Origin: an uncultured cyanobacterium
GTDB lineage: Bacteria; Cyanobacteriota; Cyanobacteriia; Cyanobacteriales; Nostocaceae
Direction of reading: 5' to 3'
Length of the DNA stretch: 64,000 nt
NCBI GenBank assembly: GCA_963706595.1
Contig: OY970166.1
Span: forward strand, 5,376,001-5,440,000
The notes below the pieces were generated by a model. That model did not search any database, had not been told where the DNA came from, and saw only the letters and a list, made by a program, of their open reading frames with translations. Shown one piece after another: positions 11,081 to 21,637 of this stretch; position 1 is the stretch's first letter; the number at the start of each line of letters is the position of its first letter. Made by a program: the position numbers and the translations under genes.

Positions 11081-11568
11081 GGACAATACACCCCTAGCAT
11101 TTTTTTACTCAGAAATTTACTTATACCAGCTACAACAGTAAACACAGGCAGAAATAGTGTCCTTATGTTTCATACTATGACAGGATTACCAGCTAATGAC
11201 TGCCTGAAGGTTGATTTATGAATAAAATCTTAAATCATGAAAAAATATTTACAAATTGTAACACGATTTGATGTTTAATGTGAAAAAACTACACGTAGCT
11301 TTTTAATTCTTAACACTTAACCCATGATAGACAAAAAATACTAACTGTAGTGTAAATTAATATTTAATTTGCCATAATCTTTATACAACTTTCGCCCTTG
11401 ATTTCTGCAAGCCGCACACTCGTGACTTCTCGTCATGGGAGGTTCAAAAAAGTTAGATTAAAAGAATATAGGAGAACACTGTGATTACAAGGTCTAATGT
11501 CTTCCCAGTAATTCCCAAAGTAGTCCCAATATTTTTGCAGCACATTTAAAGCACACAAAATTTTTTCA

Positions 11569-12033
11569 ATGAGCGAAAAGAGCCAAAGTTACAAAGTCAT
11601 TAGTGACAACCGTCAAGCCCGTTATTTGTATGAAATCCTAGAAACCTTTGAAGCTGGAGTTGAATTGGTAGGAACAGAAGTTAAATCAATTCGCGCCGGG
11701 AGAGTTAATCTTCAAGATGGTTATGCTTTGATTCGTGATGGCGAAGCATGGCTGATTAACGTCCATATCTCTCCTTATAACGCCAGTAGTCAATATTTTA
11801 ATCATGAAGCACGTCGCACGCGCAAACTGTTGCTACATAGCCAAGAAATTCGGAAGTTAATTGGTAAGGTGGAACAGGAGGGTTTAACACTCGTACCTTT
11901 AAAAATGTACCTCAAACGAGGGTGGGTAAAAGTGAGTATAGCCCTTGGGAAAGGTAAAAAGCTCCATGATAAACGCGAATCCCTCAAACGAAGACAAGAT
12001 CAACGTGATATGCAACGGGCGATGAAAACTTAA
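11569..12033 (+). CDS. smpB: SsrA-binding protein
   Basis: NRQARY, GTEVKSIR, RKLLLH, GKGKKLHDKR. Confidence 0.98.
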   Translation: MSEKSQSYKVISDNRQARYLYEILETFEAGVELVGTEVKSIRAGRVNLQDGYALIRDGEAWLINVHISPYNASSQYFNHEARRTRKLLLHSQEIRKLIGKVEQEGLTLVPLKMYLKRGWVKVSIALGKGKKLHDKRESLKRRQDQRDMQRAMKT

Positions 12034-12037
12034 TGAA

Positions 12038-12454
12038 CTACCCATAGTTGGCTCCGCCTGAACTATGGGTTTCTACATCCCTTAGTTCGTTGCGAGCAGA
12101 GACTTCCAGGGATTTTTGACGCTTCTTCGCCCCTAGTTGCTTCATGCTTCCCGCTTGTTTGCGGGTGGATGAAGTAGAGCTAGGCGACTCTGCGTCTACG
12201 AGGTTAGTTCCTAACCCCGGTAGTGTTCCTTTTGACCAATAAAGCATAACTTCGGCAGCAGCAATATCTCGGTCTTGAAAATAGCCACAAACACCACACT
12301 CATGTACTCTAACATCGAGTGTTTTCTTGTGTTGATGACCACATTTAGGACAAGTTTGGCTAGGCTTTACTTTCTTAGTTGGAACTTCCACGAACACACC
12401 ACCAATTTGTTCTACTTTGTACTTGATGGCACTACGAAGCATTCCAAAACCGAC
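12038..12454 (-). pseudogene. tnpB: TnpB C-terminal fragment
   Basis: GFGMLR...KPSQTCPKCG...HECGVCG..DRDIAAA zinc ribbon and RuvC-III only; N-terminal part absent. Confidence 0.88.
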
Positions 12455-12766
12455 TTAGAACGGTTGAAGGAAATATTTGCTAATGTCTCCATAAGAACTA
12501 AGTGCAGATTGATTGAGTTTTCGGGAGAAGTAGACCATGTTCATTTACTAATTGATTTCCACCCTGATAACAACTTATCTGTTCTTGTGGGCAGTCTAAA
12601 ATCAGCGTCAAGCAGAATTATACAAAAAGAATTCGCTGAAAATTTGTCTACCTTTTACAGGAAACCTGTTTTTTGGTCTAGTTCGTATTATGTAGCTTCT
12701 ACGGGTGGCGCACCAATTGAAAAAATCAAGCAATACATACAATCACAAGAAGCACCAGAAGATTGA
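12452..12766 (+). pseudogene. tnpA: IS200-type Y1 transposase, 5'-truncated
   Basis: LERLKEIF...GEVDHVHLL (HUH), LKSASSR, FWSSSYY, IKQYIQSQ; native N-terminus missing. Confidence 0.88.
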
Positions 12767-12951
12767 TTGGCTACTCCTCATACATACTATTCCCTTATCA
12801 ACCTTACGGTTGATTCTGGTCAGGTATGCAATCGTCGTACCCCGCTATTCATCCCTACCTTGCTTCGCTGAAAGTAGGGACTTTCGCGTTACGTCAACCC
12901 TGAAATATCTAACCATGACCACAGGAGAATAGACAGAGAAAGTATGTTGTA

Positions 12952-13076
12952 TATAGGACTCCTACTTGATTTCTGAACATCAATACAACTCAAAATGGCT
13001 TTTTCCCACTCCCCACTCCCCACTCCCCACTCCCCACCTACGCAAGTAAGTTTAAAAATCAAAGCGGATTACTATA
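12952..13076. mobile_element. MITE with ~27-bp imperfect TIRs enclosing (CCCCACT)n
   Basis: Left TATAGGACTCCTACTTGATTTCTGAAC versus reverse complement of right end TATAGTAATCCGCTTTGATTTTTAAAC. Confidence 0.75.
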
Positions 13077-13187
13077 TCTTCAGTGTGAGTTTGGAGAAAG
13101 CCTAGTTTATAGCCGCAGATTGATTTGATTAGTTATGGAACTCGATACAGTGGTGAATGACGTTGGAAGGGATGAGATATTTTCACC

Positions 13188-13463
13188 ATGACACGTAATT
13201 TTACCAAAGCAGTTAGTGCCGGCTGTCTCACGTTGAGTATGGCCATGTTGCCTTTAACTCTACCTGTAAATGCCCAAGTTACTGACCCCAGGGTTGAAAC
13301 TACACCGAGGACTACAGTTTACGAACGCCGAGATTTCGATTGGGGTTGGTTAGGATTAATTGGTTTATTTGGTTTAGCTGGTTTAGCTGGAAGAAAGCGT
13401 GGCGACGAACCTACAGCTTATCGTGAGCCGACTACTACTGGAAGTACAACTTACAGAGACTAA
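13188..13463 (+). CDS. Small secreted/membrane WGxxGxxG-motif protein
   Basis: Signal peptide (…PVNA), then DWGWLGLIGLFGLAGLAG TM helix followed by basic RKR. Confidence 0.85.
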   Translation: MTRNFTKAVSAGCLTLSMAMLPLTLPVNAQVTDPRVETTPRTTVYERRDFDWGWLGLIGLFGLAGLAGRKRGDEPTAYREPTTTGSTTYRD

Positions 13464-13508
13464 GCTATTTACCAAAATTCAGAATGACCAATAAATAGTT
13501 CCTTAATG

Positions 13509-13578
13509 GTACAAGCCGCTAGATTTATCTGTGGAATCAATCGAAAATCCCAAATCTAAAATCCCAAATTGTATGACC
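13509..13578. repeat. ~70-bp dispersed repeat
   Basis: Reverse complement GTCATACAATTTGGGATTTTAGATT...GGCTTGTACC matches GTCATACAATTTTGGATTTTAGATT...AGCTTATAC at 53866-53940. Confidence 0.7.
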
Positions 13579-13640
13579 TTCAGGAGCTACAAATCCAGGC
13601 TGGATTCTGGCTCCTGAATTTTGCCATTTTTTGTTAATCT

Positions 13641-15068
13641 TTAATTTGCTGTGGATTCTCCGTGAGATGAAGTGAATTTTTGAGTTTGGTTTTGAGCTAT
13701 GGGTGTCCAGTAGCTAGCAATTAAAGCTACCATTAACCACCAAAGGCTGTTGACTTCTGGACGAAACCAAATAGTATCGACAGTACCGTGAGCCAACATC
13801 CCCGCTACAGTCGCAAACGCGCCAATCAACCAAAATCCCTCTACACTTCTAGATTGCCGCAATCGTCGCACTTGTACAAATGCGTGATTTAACATCACAA
13901 TGATCAGCCAGAGAAAAGAGGCTAAACCCACAAAGCCAGTTTCTACAGCTATTTCCAGAAAAACTGAATAAGCACTTAAAGCTGTAAAACGAGGACGTTG
14001 GTAAAGAGGGTAGATTTGATTAAAAGAATTGTGACCAGGGCCAATGCCAATTATAGGGCGATCGCCAATCATCTCGAAGACAGCATCCCAAACATTTTTG
14101 CGAAAATTATTACTGCTATCTTGGCGGTCGGCAAAAATACTCAAAACTCTGATGCGGACTGGCTCGACAAAGATGACTGCTAGCAACAGTAAGCCCATCA
14201 TCCCTCCTAAAATAATTGGCAGTGACCAAGTACGCCAAAAAGGAGGCATTTGTACAGTCCACCAATAAACTAACAAGGCGATCGCCGTCAATACACCCAC
14301 CACCATCCCAATCCAGCCACCACGACTAAAAGTCAGCACCAAACAAGCCGCATTAGCAATAAACATCGTTAACGCTAAAGCCTTTTTGATCCAACTTTGC
14401 CAAGCAAAAATCGCCACCAAGCTGAAAACCACGGCTGGTAAGAGATACCCAGCCAATAAATTCGGATTACCCAAATAACTATAAACCCTGGTGGTCTTAG
14501 CCAGAGGCGATTGTGGATCTACCCAAGTCGCCAGTGCTGTTGCACCAAAAAACCATTGCCGCAATCCGTAAATAGTCACGATTAAAGATACGTGCAAATA
14601 CAGGGTAATGATCCAAGAACGTAAGCGAGGCGATCGCAATACCCTAGCACAAAGGGCAAACAGCAATAGATAAAGTGTCAATACCACCAAATCTTTAAAC
14701 GCCGCCTGTTTGACTGGTGACAACGCGGCAGAAACTACCGCAATAGCCCAGTAAAGTAACACCAACAGATGAATTGGCGTAAATAACGGCGTAGTTGTTT
14801 GACCAGATTCATCGGATAAAGTCAACAGGAGCCAAAATCCTACACAAGCTACTAAAAATACTCCTACTAGGCTACTCGACACAAAAGGAGACAGAGCATA
14901 CACCAAGCTGAGTAAAGCCACGGCTATTGCATCTCCCCACGGCATCAAGATGCTACTTTGCCGCCAAGAGTGCAATATCCCCACCACAAAACGGTGTAAA
15001 TAGCTCGTAGCGAGATATTCTTTCAGAGGTAAATAAGATAACGTAAATCGTTGCCAGACTAAATTCAT
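13641..15068 (-). CDS. ictB: IctB family O-antigen-ligase-like membrane protein
   Basis: RVYSYLGNPNLLAGYL, TFSRGGW, DSSNNFR, IGIGPG, ALSAYS. Confidence 0.93.
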   Translation of the reverse strand: MNLVWQRFTLSYLPLKEYLATSYLHRFVVGILHSWRQSSILMPWGDAIAVALLSLVYALSPFVSSSLVGVFLVACVGFWLLLTLSDESGQTTTPLFTPIHLLVLLYWAIAVVSAALSPVKQAAFKDLVVLTLYLLLFALCARVLRSPRLRSWIITLYLHVSLIVTIYGLRQWFFGATALATWVDPQSPLAKTTRVYSYLGNPNLLAGYLLPAVVFSLVAIFAWQSWIKKALALTMFIANAACLVLTFSRGGWIGMVVGVLTAIALLVYWWTVQMPPFWRTWSLPIILGGMMGLLLLAVIFVEPVRIRVLSIFADRQDSSNNFRKNVWDAVFEMIGDRPIIGIGPGHNSFNQIYPLYQRPRFTALSAYSVFLEIAVETGFVGLASFLWLIIVMLNHAFVQVRRLRQSRSVEGFWLIGAFATVAGMLAHGTVDTIWFRPEVNSLWWLMVALIASYWTPIAQNQTQKFTSSHGESTAN

Positions 15069-15078
15069 AAATTATTGA

Positions 15079-16630
15079 TCAACAATCACTGATTATTTCT
15101 GAAGAAGTAGCCATCTGTAATGGCAAAGACAGTACATAGCGGTTTCCTGATTCGGATGAACCTTGAATCACAATTTCTCCCCCGTGAAATTCTGCCAGTC
15201 TGACAGCTCAACAACAGACCTAAGCTTTCACGCGTCAAGTTACGATGATCTTGAGGCAAACCCTCATCAGCATTCATAGTAAATGTATCTGAATGGGAAT
15301 TAATTAAATGCGGTTTTTTCTCCACCACTATTGGCATCTCCAAGTCCTCTGGGCTGTCTGGATAAGTGCTGGAGGTTGCAGCTGCATCTGTCAGTTCCAG
15401 GCTGGAGACAGAATTCAGGTGAAAATAGGAGTTAATCTCAGTTATCCCATCTCCTAACCAAGGATGAGAAACACCAACAGTAATATTCAGCGTATTTTCC
15501 TTATGAGAAATATGAATCCGGACAATGCTACCTGTAGCAGAAACTTGAATCACACTGAAAATTAAGTGATACAGAATTTGCTGCACTTTGCTTTTATCCA
15601 AAAGCAAATTCCGGCTATATCCTGGTTCTATGGACAAGCGAATATTTTGCTCACGGCGGTTAGCTGCTTCTTTGAGAGTATTGATTACTTGTTGACATAG
15701 CATTTCAATCTCTACAGGAGCTAAATTCAGCACAGATGTGTTGTCATCCAACGCTCCCAGTTCGGTAATTTCGTTGACTAAAGACAGTAAGTATCGACCA
15801 CTATGTTGAATGATCTCCAGATATTCTCTCTGTTTTATGGTCAAAGGCCCATAAATCTCACGTCCTAAAACTCCAGCCATGCCGAGTACAGATGTTAAGG
15901 GTGTACGTAACTCTTGAGTTATCTGTCCTAAAAGTGCCAGTTTTAGTTGCTTAGTAGAACCAGATTCTGGTTTGAAAAGAGGTGGAGTGTCTCTAATCAC
16001 ACTTTGGCGTTGCTCATTGAATGATGTCGTAGCAGCCTTGTGCGGATGAGTTTTTTCTAACTTTTTTTGCAGCATTCGGTCACGCTCAAATTCACTCATA
16101 CACCAACGAGCGATTATTTGTAAAAATTCAATATCGCGACTTGTAAATTTACGTGGCACTAAATCCATGATTGCCAACGCACCTAAACAATTACCCGCAG
16201 CATCAATGAGAGGTGCGCCCAGGTAGGCACGGATGCCATAATCCTGTACTAACTTACCAGTCCTGAGTAATGAATTGGTCAGTTGGTGCGTATCATTAAT
16301 TATAGAAACCTGAATGCTTTCTACCACTTGGGTGCAAAAAGATTCCTCACGTAACAACTGACGGCTTTGTGCCAGATGATTCATTAGCCCTAGTCTAGAT
16401 AAACCCACCGCTGACTTGAACCAATGACGTTCTTGGTCTACAAATCCCAATATGGAAATTGGCACTTCTAAAAAGTGGGCAGCAGTTTGAGTGGCTTCTT
16501 CAAAGACTGGAATCGTTTCGGATTGCCGCAAACCTAATTCCGACAATGCTTCTAGGCGTTGTTCCTCCGTGACTTCTTGAGAAACCCAACCATCCTTAAA
16601 GCCAAACCATTTGTTTTCAGGTTCTACCAT
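15079..16630 (-). CDS. GAF-domain histidine-kinase-like protein with degenerate catalytic motifs (apparent +1 frameshift near 15199)
   Basis: GAF (IRAYLGAPL), HisKA-like TQELRTPL, HATPase-like region; C-terminus LAEFHGGEIVIQGS...YVLSLP continues in the shifted frame to TGA 15079-15081. Confidence 0.85.
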
Positions 16631-16888
16631 TGCCACTGCTACCTTGATATTTTTCGAGCTTGTAATTTCTATAACCCCTGAGTCTGGGTTATGATTTTCT
16701 ACTTTTAAGCATTCCCCAATTTGGCGGCTAATCAACAAAATGGTCAGAGAAATTTTGTCACCTATTCGGGAAAAGGTAGTGTAATTTGGCTTATTTGAGA
16801 TTTTGATGGCGAACTTTACTATTACTTCATCAGTAAGGGCTTGTATTAATGGGCAAAAATTTGATATTTATTTTTGAGGATAACTAAG

Positions 16889-18052
16889 ATGAAGATGAAT
16901 CATAAAATTCCTTTTGTAGACCTGAATTTACAACACCAGCCGATTCAAGAGCAATTGCAACAGGCAATACAGGCTGTGTTGACACAGGGAGATTTTATTT
17001 TAGGGAAAGCATTGTCAGATTTTGAAGCCGCTTTTGCAGCTGCATCTGGCACAGAATATGGTGTAGGTGTGGCATCAGGAACAGATGCGATCGCTCTGGG
17101 TTTACAAGCGTGTAATATTGGCAGTGGTGATCAAGTGATCTTACCAGCTAATACCTTTGTGGCTACGTTGATTGGAGTTTTACGTGCAGGAGCCGAGCCT
17201 GTGCTGGTAGACTGTAACCCGCAAACAGCTTTAATCGACCTCGAAGCCGCAGCCAAAGCCATTACGCCACAAACTAAAGCCATTATCCCTGTACATCTCT
17301 ATGGACAGATGGTATCACCGCAACAGCTATTAGACTTGGCTGATACTTATAAGCTGCTAATTTTTGAAGATGCCGCCCAGGCACATTTAGCCACCAGAGA
17401 AGGATATCGCGCTGGTTCGGTGGGCATAGGTGCGGCTTTTAGTTTCTATCCCAGCAAAAATTTAGGCGCATTTGGGGATGGAGGAATGCTGCTGACAGGA
17501 GATTCAGATGTAGCGCAGAAAATGAAGCGCTTGCGAAATTATGGGGCATCCCAAAAGTATTTCCACGTAGAAACAGGGACTAACAGTCGCTTGGATACCT
17601 TGCAAGCCGCAGTGTTATTAGCAAAACTTCCACATTTGCCGCAATGGAATCGCGATCGCTTGGCGATCGCTCAACAGTATGATCAAGAACTAGCACCCCT
17701 AGCATCTGCTGGCATCATTCCTCTGCAAAACCACAGCAGCACCGGACACGTATATCATCTTTATGTGATCAAAGTAGATGATTCTTGTATTTTAGAGCGT
17801 CAGCAAATCCAAGACCAACTCACAGCAGTGGGAATTCAAACAGGCATTCACTACCCCATTCCTTGCCATCTGCAACCAGCCTTCACCAACTTAGGCTATA
17901 AACCAGGAGACTTTCCCCAAGCAGAAAAACTCGCCAATCAAATATTGTCCTTACCTATGTACCCAGGTTTGAACAATCACCAAATCAAAGAAGTTGTAGC
18001 AGCTATTACATCGACTCTCGGTAGCGAACCACAACAGTTATTATGTATTTAA
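16889..18052 (+). CDS. DegT/DnrJ/EryC1/StrS sugar aminotransferase
   Basis: SGTDA, VHLYGQ, EDAAQAH, SFYPSKNLG PLP lysine, NSRLDTLQAA. Confidence 0.95.
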   Translation: MKMNHKIPFVDLNLQHQPIQEQLQQAIQAVLTQGDFILGKALSDFEAAFAAASGTEYGVGVASGTDAIALGLQACNIGSGDQVILPANTFVATLIGVLRAGAEPVLVDCNPQTALIDLEAAAKAITPQTKAIIPVHLYGQMVSPQQLLDLADTYKLLIFEDAAQAHLATREGYRAGSVGIGAAFSFYPSKNLGAFGDGGMLLTGDSDVAQKMKRLRNYGASQKYFHVETGTNSRLDTLQAAVLLAKLPHLPQWNRDRLAIAQQYDQELAPLASAGIIPLQNHSSTGHVYHLYVIKVDDSCILERQQIQDQLTAVGIQTGIHYPIPCHLQPAFTNLGYKPGDFPQAEKLANQILSLPMYPGLNNHQIKEVVAAITSTLGSEPQQLLCI

Positions 18053-18161
18053 TTTCAATTCTTGAATACCGTAGTTCAGTCATCCATTGCCAAACCACCG
18101 ATTTCAGTTGATGGGATAAGTTTGTGCATTGTGAGTTATTAATTCTTAATGGTTTTAAATC

Positions 18162-19061
18162 ATGGCATTTCAGCAACAGCTAAAACAAAGAAACACGGGA
18201 CAATTGCTAAATATAGCAATTTTCGGCTTTTTGGTGCTACTGTATGCCCCACTCTTGTTGCACTGGGTGGATGGTTGGCTCAACAAAAGCATTAGTATCG
18301 AACATGAATACTTTAGCCACGGTATTATTGGTCTGCCATTTGCGGCTTACCTGATGTGGTTAAACCGGAAAAAGTGGCATCGACTGCAAAATACAGCCCA
18401 TCCTTTAGGTGCTGTTTTGCTCTCAATCGGGGGAGTATTTTATCTGAGTGGGATTCCAGAATGGGTGAATATTTCCCTACCGACAATACTGGCAGGTTTG
18501 TGCTTCTGGTTCAAAGGCATACCCGGCTTCCGACTGCAAGCATTTGCTTTGCTGCTGATATTTTTAGCAACCCCCACCGCCTTACCCTACCTCCTCGTTC
18601 CCTACACCTTACCTCTGCAAAGCTTCATCGCGGGGACAGCAGGCTTCATCCTCAATCAATTGGGAATGGAAGTAGTTGTCGATGGTATCAACATATACGT
18701 AAATGGCCGAATTGTCGAAGTTGCCCCCTATTGTGCGGGGCTAAAAATGTTGTTTACGACCTTCTACGTCAGCTTGATGCTGCTTTATTGGACAGGTGCA
18801 TTGTTGTCCCGGCGCACTACGACTTGGTTTTTATCTTCTGCCCTGATCATTAGCGTTATTGCTAATATCATTCGTAACACTTTACTCAGCTTCTTTCACG
18901 GCACAGGACGAGAGGCAGCTTTTAAATGGCTACATGACAGTTGGGGTGGAGACCTTTACTCTGCTTGTATGCTGCTGTTATTAATACCTTTGCTGAATTG
19001 GATGAATGACTATTTTTCCACAGATTCAGAACTTCCAGAATCAGGGGAAAGTGCGGGATAA
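18162..19061 (+). CDS. crtB: Cyanoexosortase B
   Basis: Multi-TM; EHEYFSHG, VEVAPYCAGL (catalytic Cys), ANIIRN (Arg), WLHD (His). Symbol refers to cyanoexosortase B, not phytoene synthase. Confidence 0.9.
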   Translation: MAFQQQLKQRNTGQLLNIAIFGFLVLLYAPLLLHWVDGWLNKSISIEHEYFSHGIIGLPFAAYLMWLNRKKWHRLQNTAHPLGAVLLSIGGVFYLSGIPEWVNISLPTILAGLCFWFKGIPGFRLQAFALLLIFLATPTALPYLLVPYTLPLQSFIAGTAGFILNQLGMEVVVDGINIYVNGRIVEVAPYCAGLKMLFTTFYVSLMLLYWTGALLSRRTTTWFLSSALIISVIANIIRNTLLSFFHGTGREAAFKWLHDSWGGDLYSACMLLLLIPLLNWMNDYFSTDSELPESGESAG

Positions 19062-19145
19062 GGAATTGAAAAAGAAGCAGGGGAGCAGGGTGCAGGGAGC
19101 AAGGGGGTTCAAAAATTTGTTACGTAAATATGGTAATTTTCACTA

Positions 19146-19868
19146 ATGAATCGCTTATCTAAGTTTTTCCCCAAAAAGCAATTGGCCCATGTACCAGTGC
19201 TTTTTTTATTACTATTGCTACTAGCAATCGGAGCATTTCCCGGATACGTAACAGGAACCTGGCAATGGAAACAGCCACCATCTGTTCCCAACCTGACAGC
19301 ATTGAGGGAAATACGTCAAACCGGGATTACCCTTCCGAATTGGCAAACTGTTGAACAAGCCGAACAATTCGTAGGCACAAGTAAATGGTCATTGCAGATT
19401 CTCAAGCAAGAAAGCACTCAAAATCAAGCCATATTGCTTTTGCATCCGCAAAACGGTCCGAGGGATCAACCAGAGGTAGAGTGGACTGATATTAATAGCT
19501 GGGGAAAAATTCGCTGGAAGCGATGGGATATAGCTCAATATCGTGCTGCGGAATTTACTCTCAACAGACCGACAAAATCTGGAGCAAATACTGAAGTTCA
19601 GGTAGAAGCAAGGTTCTTTCGCGTCTCCACCGAACAGGAAACCTTCGCTGTCTTGCAATGGTATGCAACGCCCAATGGTGGATATCCATCACCTTTTCGC
19701 TGGTTTCTGGCAGATCAATTGGCACAATGGCAGAAAAATCGCATCCCCTGGGTTAGTGTAAGCATAATGATTCCTATGGAACCTTTAGGCCAGGTGGAAA
19801 CTACTTGGGCTTTAGCTCAGTCTATAGGTGAAACTGTACAAGCGACATTGATGGCAAGTCCTTTTTAG
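19146..19868 (+). CDS. Cyanoexosortase B system-associated protein
   Basis: N-terminal TM, PGY..G.WQW, QPEVEWTD, FAVLQWYA; directly downstream of the exosortase. Confidence 0.82.
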   Translation: MNRLSKFFPKKQLAHVPVLFLLLLLLAIGAFPGYVTGTWQWKQPPSVPNLTALREIRQTGITLPNWQTVEQAEQFVGTSKWSLQILKQESTQNQAILLLHPQNGPRDQPEVEWTDINSWGKIRWKRWDIAQYRAAEFTLNRPTKSGANTEVQVEARFFRVSTEQETFAVLQWYATPNGGYPSPFRWFLADQLAQWQKNRIPWVSVSIMIPMEPLGQVETTWALAQSIGETVQATLMASPF

Positions 19869-20021
19869 AAAAATTCACGAATGCGTTTGTTTGTGAACCA
19901 ACAATACAATCTCAAGTTATCAGAGGCACTATACAGTTAAAGTTTTAAAATATCTTCAGAGTAAAATCCTCAATCGGTGGGACTTACTTTGATCTGAGTT
20001 TAACCATGATTGATATTTGAT

Positions 20022-21404
20022 ATGCGTGTATTATTCAGCGCTCTATATTTTGTGAGTTTTCAAGTAAGTATTTTATTCACACCTGCTGTCCAATCGGTTG
20101 TTGCCCAACCTTTATTGAATTCTGAGAAATTAACAGGGCAATTACCCACTCTCCCATCAGGTGCTGTTGAAGTACAGCCACAACTGTTACAACCACCTGC
20201 TTCTCCATTAGATGTTGAGGGTTCTAATAACGACGAGATTTCTCCGCAACTCAACCGCTATCTTTTGGGGCCGGGAGATGGAATTAGCGTTTTGTTTCAG
20301 CGCCCACCTGGCCCGTACCGCTTAGGTCCGGGAGATGGAATTAGTGTTGCGGTTCAGCGTTTCCCTGATTTGAGTTTTCAATCCTCAATCAATCCCGAAG
20401 GCAACATTATTGTGCCACTACTTGGCACGGTGTCGCTACAAGGTTTAACCTTAGAAGAAGCACAAGAAAAAATTCGGGTGTCCCTGGATCGTTTTGTGAT
20501 TGATCCGGTAATAGTTTTATCTTTAACCGGGCTGCGTCCAGATTCGAGTTTTCAAGCCCAAATTGATCAAGAAGGCAATATAGTTGTTCCGCAAGTGGGA
20601 ATAGTTTCTGTGCAAGGTTTAACCTTAGAGGAAGCACAAGAAAAAATTCGCTTGAGTTTAAGTAGTATTTTGGTTGAACCGACTTTGGTCGTGTCACTGG
20701 CAAGACCACGACCAGTTCAGGTAACTATTAGCGGTGAAGTGTTTCGACCAGGAATTTATCCGGTGAATTCTCCAACAGCCCGTGTTGGGGAAGCTTTGTT
20801 TATAGCTGGTGGTTCGACAACGAGCGCTGACCTGCGGCAAGTGCAAGTCCGTCGGAGGTTGATGGATGGTTCTGTGATTTCACAAACTGTTGATTTGTAT
20901 GCAGTATTGCAGAATGATGGATCACTACCGAGTTTACGCTTACAAGATGGCGATGCAATTATTGTCCCACGTCAAGAAGTCGGTACTGATGACGGTTACG
21001 ATCGCAACTTAGTCGCTCGTTCATCCCTAGCTGTACAGCAAATTCGCGTCCGGGTTTTAAATTACACAACTTCAGGAATGGTGACTCAAGCACTACCTAA
21101 TGGCAGTAATTTTATCGATGTTTTAGGAGGAATAAATCTGGATCGTGCTAATCTCCGGGACATTGCCCTAGTTCGCTTCGATCCCGAACAAGGTAAAGCT
21201 GTTACCCAAAAACTGGATGCGAGGAAGGCTTTGGCTGGCGATGCATCTCAAAATGTGCCACTTCAAGATAATGATGTCATTGTTGTGGGACGAAATTTAG
21301 TGGGGAGACTTTCTAATATTCTCACTACCATTACACAGCCGTTTTTCAATATTCGGTCTTTTCTCAATTTCTTTGAAAACTTTGGTGGTGGTGGTGGTAA
21401 CTAA
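20022..21404 (+). CDS. Polysaccharide export protein (Wza/OPX family, Poly_export plus SLBB)
   Basis: YxLGPGD, GLTLEEAQEKI, GEVFRPGIY, LQDGDAIIVP. Confidence 0.9.
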   Translation: MRVLFSALYFVSFQVSILFTPAVQSVVAQPLLNSEKLTGQLPTLPSGAVEVQPQLLQPPASPLDVEGSNNDEISPQLNRYLLGPGDGISVLFQRPPGPYRLGPGDGISVAVQRFPDLSFQSSINPEGNIIVPLLGTVSLQGLTLEEAQEKIRVSLDRFVIDPVIVLSLTGLRPDSSFQAQIDQEGNIVVPQVGIVSVQGLTLEEAQEKIRLSLSSILVEPTLVVSLARPRPVQVTISGEVFRPGIYPVNSPTARVGEALFIAGGSTTSADLRQVQVRRRLMDGSVISQTVDLYAVLQNDGSLPSLRLQDGDAIIVPRQEVGTDDGYDRNLVARSSLAVQQIRVRVLNYTTSGMVTQALPNGSNFIDVLGGINLDRANLRDIALVRFDPEQGKAVTQKLDARKALAGDASQNVPLQDNDVIVVGRNLVGRLSNILTTITQPFFNIRSFLNFFENFGGGGGN

Positions 21405-21637
21405 TTCTGAGTTGGTAATCGGGAAAAGCACGGAATTTAGGCATGGGCAGTGGGCGGTTGATTGTTGCCGGGGCTGTATTCTGGAAGCACTATCTAATTT
21501 TTGACGCAGGAACACAGCTACAATTTTTACTCTACAGAGAAAAACCAGGGTGTAGGTCTACACGTATTTGCTGTTTTAGTCGGGGTTGAAATTCCCGTCA
21601 GTAACAGTTTTGAATTTTGAATTTTAAATTGTTTATT

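Larger units (their letters stand above)
12034..12892 (-). mobile_element. Internally deleted IS200/IS605 element (divergent tnpA/tnpB remnants, both ends retained)
   Basis: Right-end hairpin ACCCATAGTT...AACTATGGGT next to TTCA; left-end hairpin TCCCTAC...GTAGGGA; TTGAC on the minus strand at 12893-12897. Confidence 0.85.

Noticed and set aside
12275..12766. Full-length 163-aa TnpA as given by the ORF track
   Set aside because: The first ~59 codons are the antisense strand of the tnpB remnant; the native N-terminus is deleted
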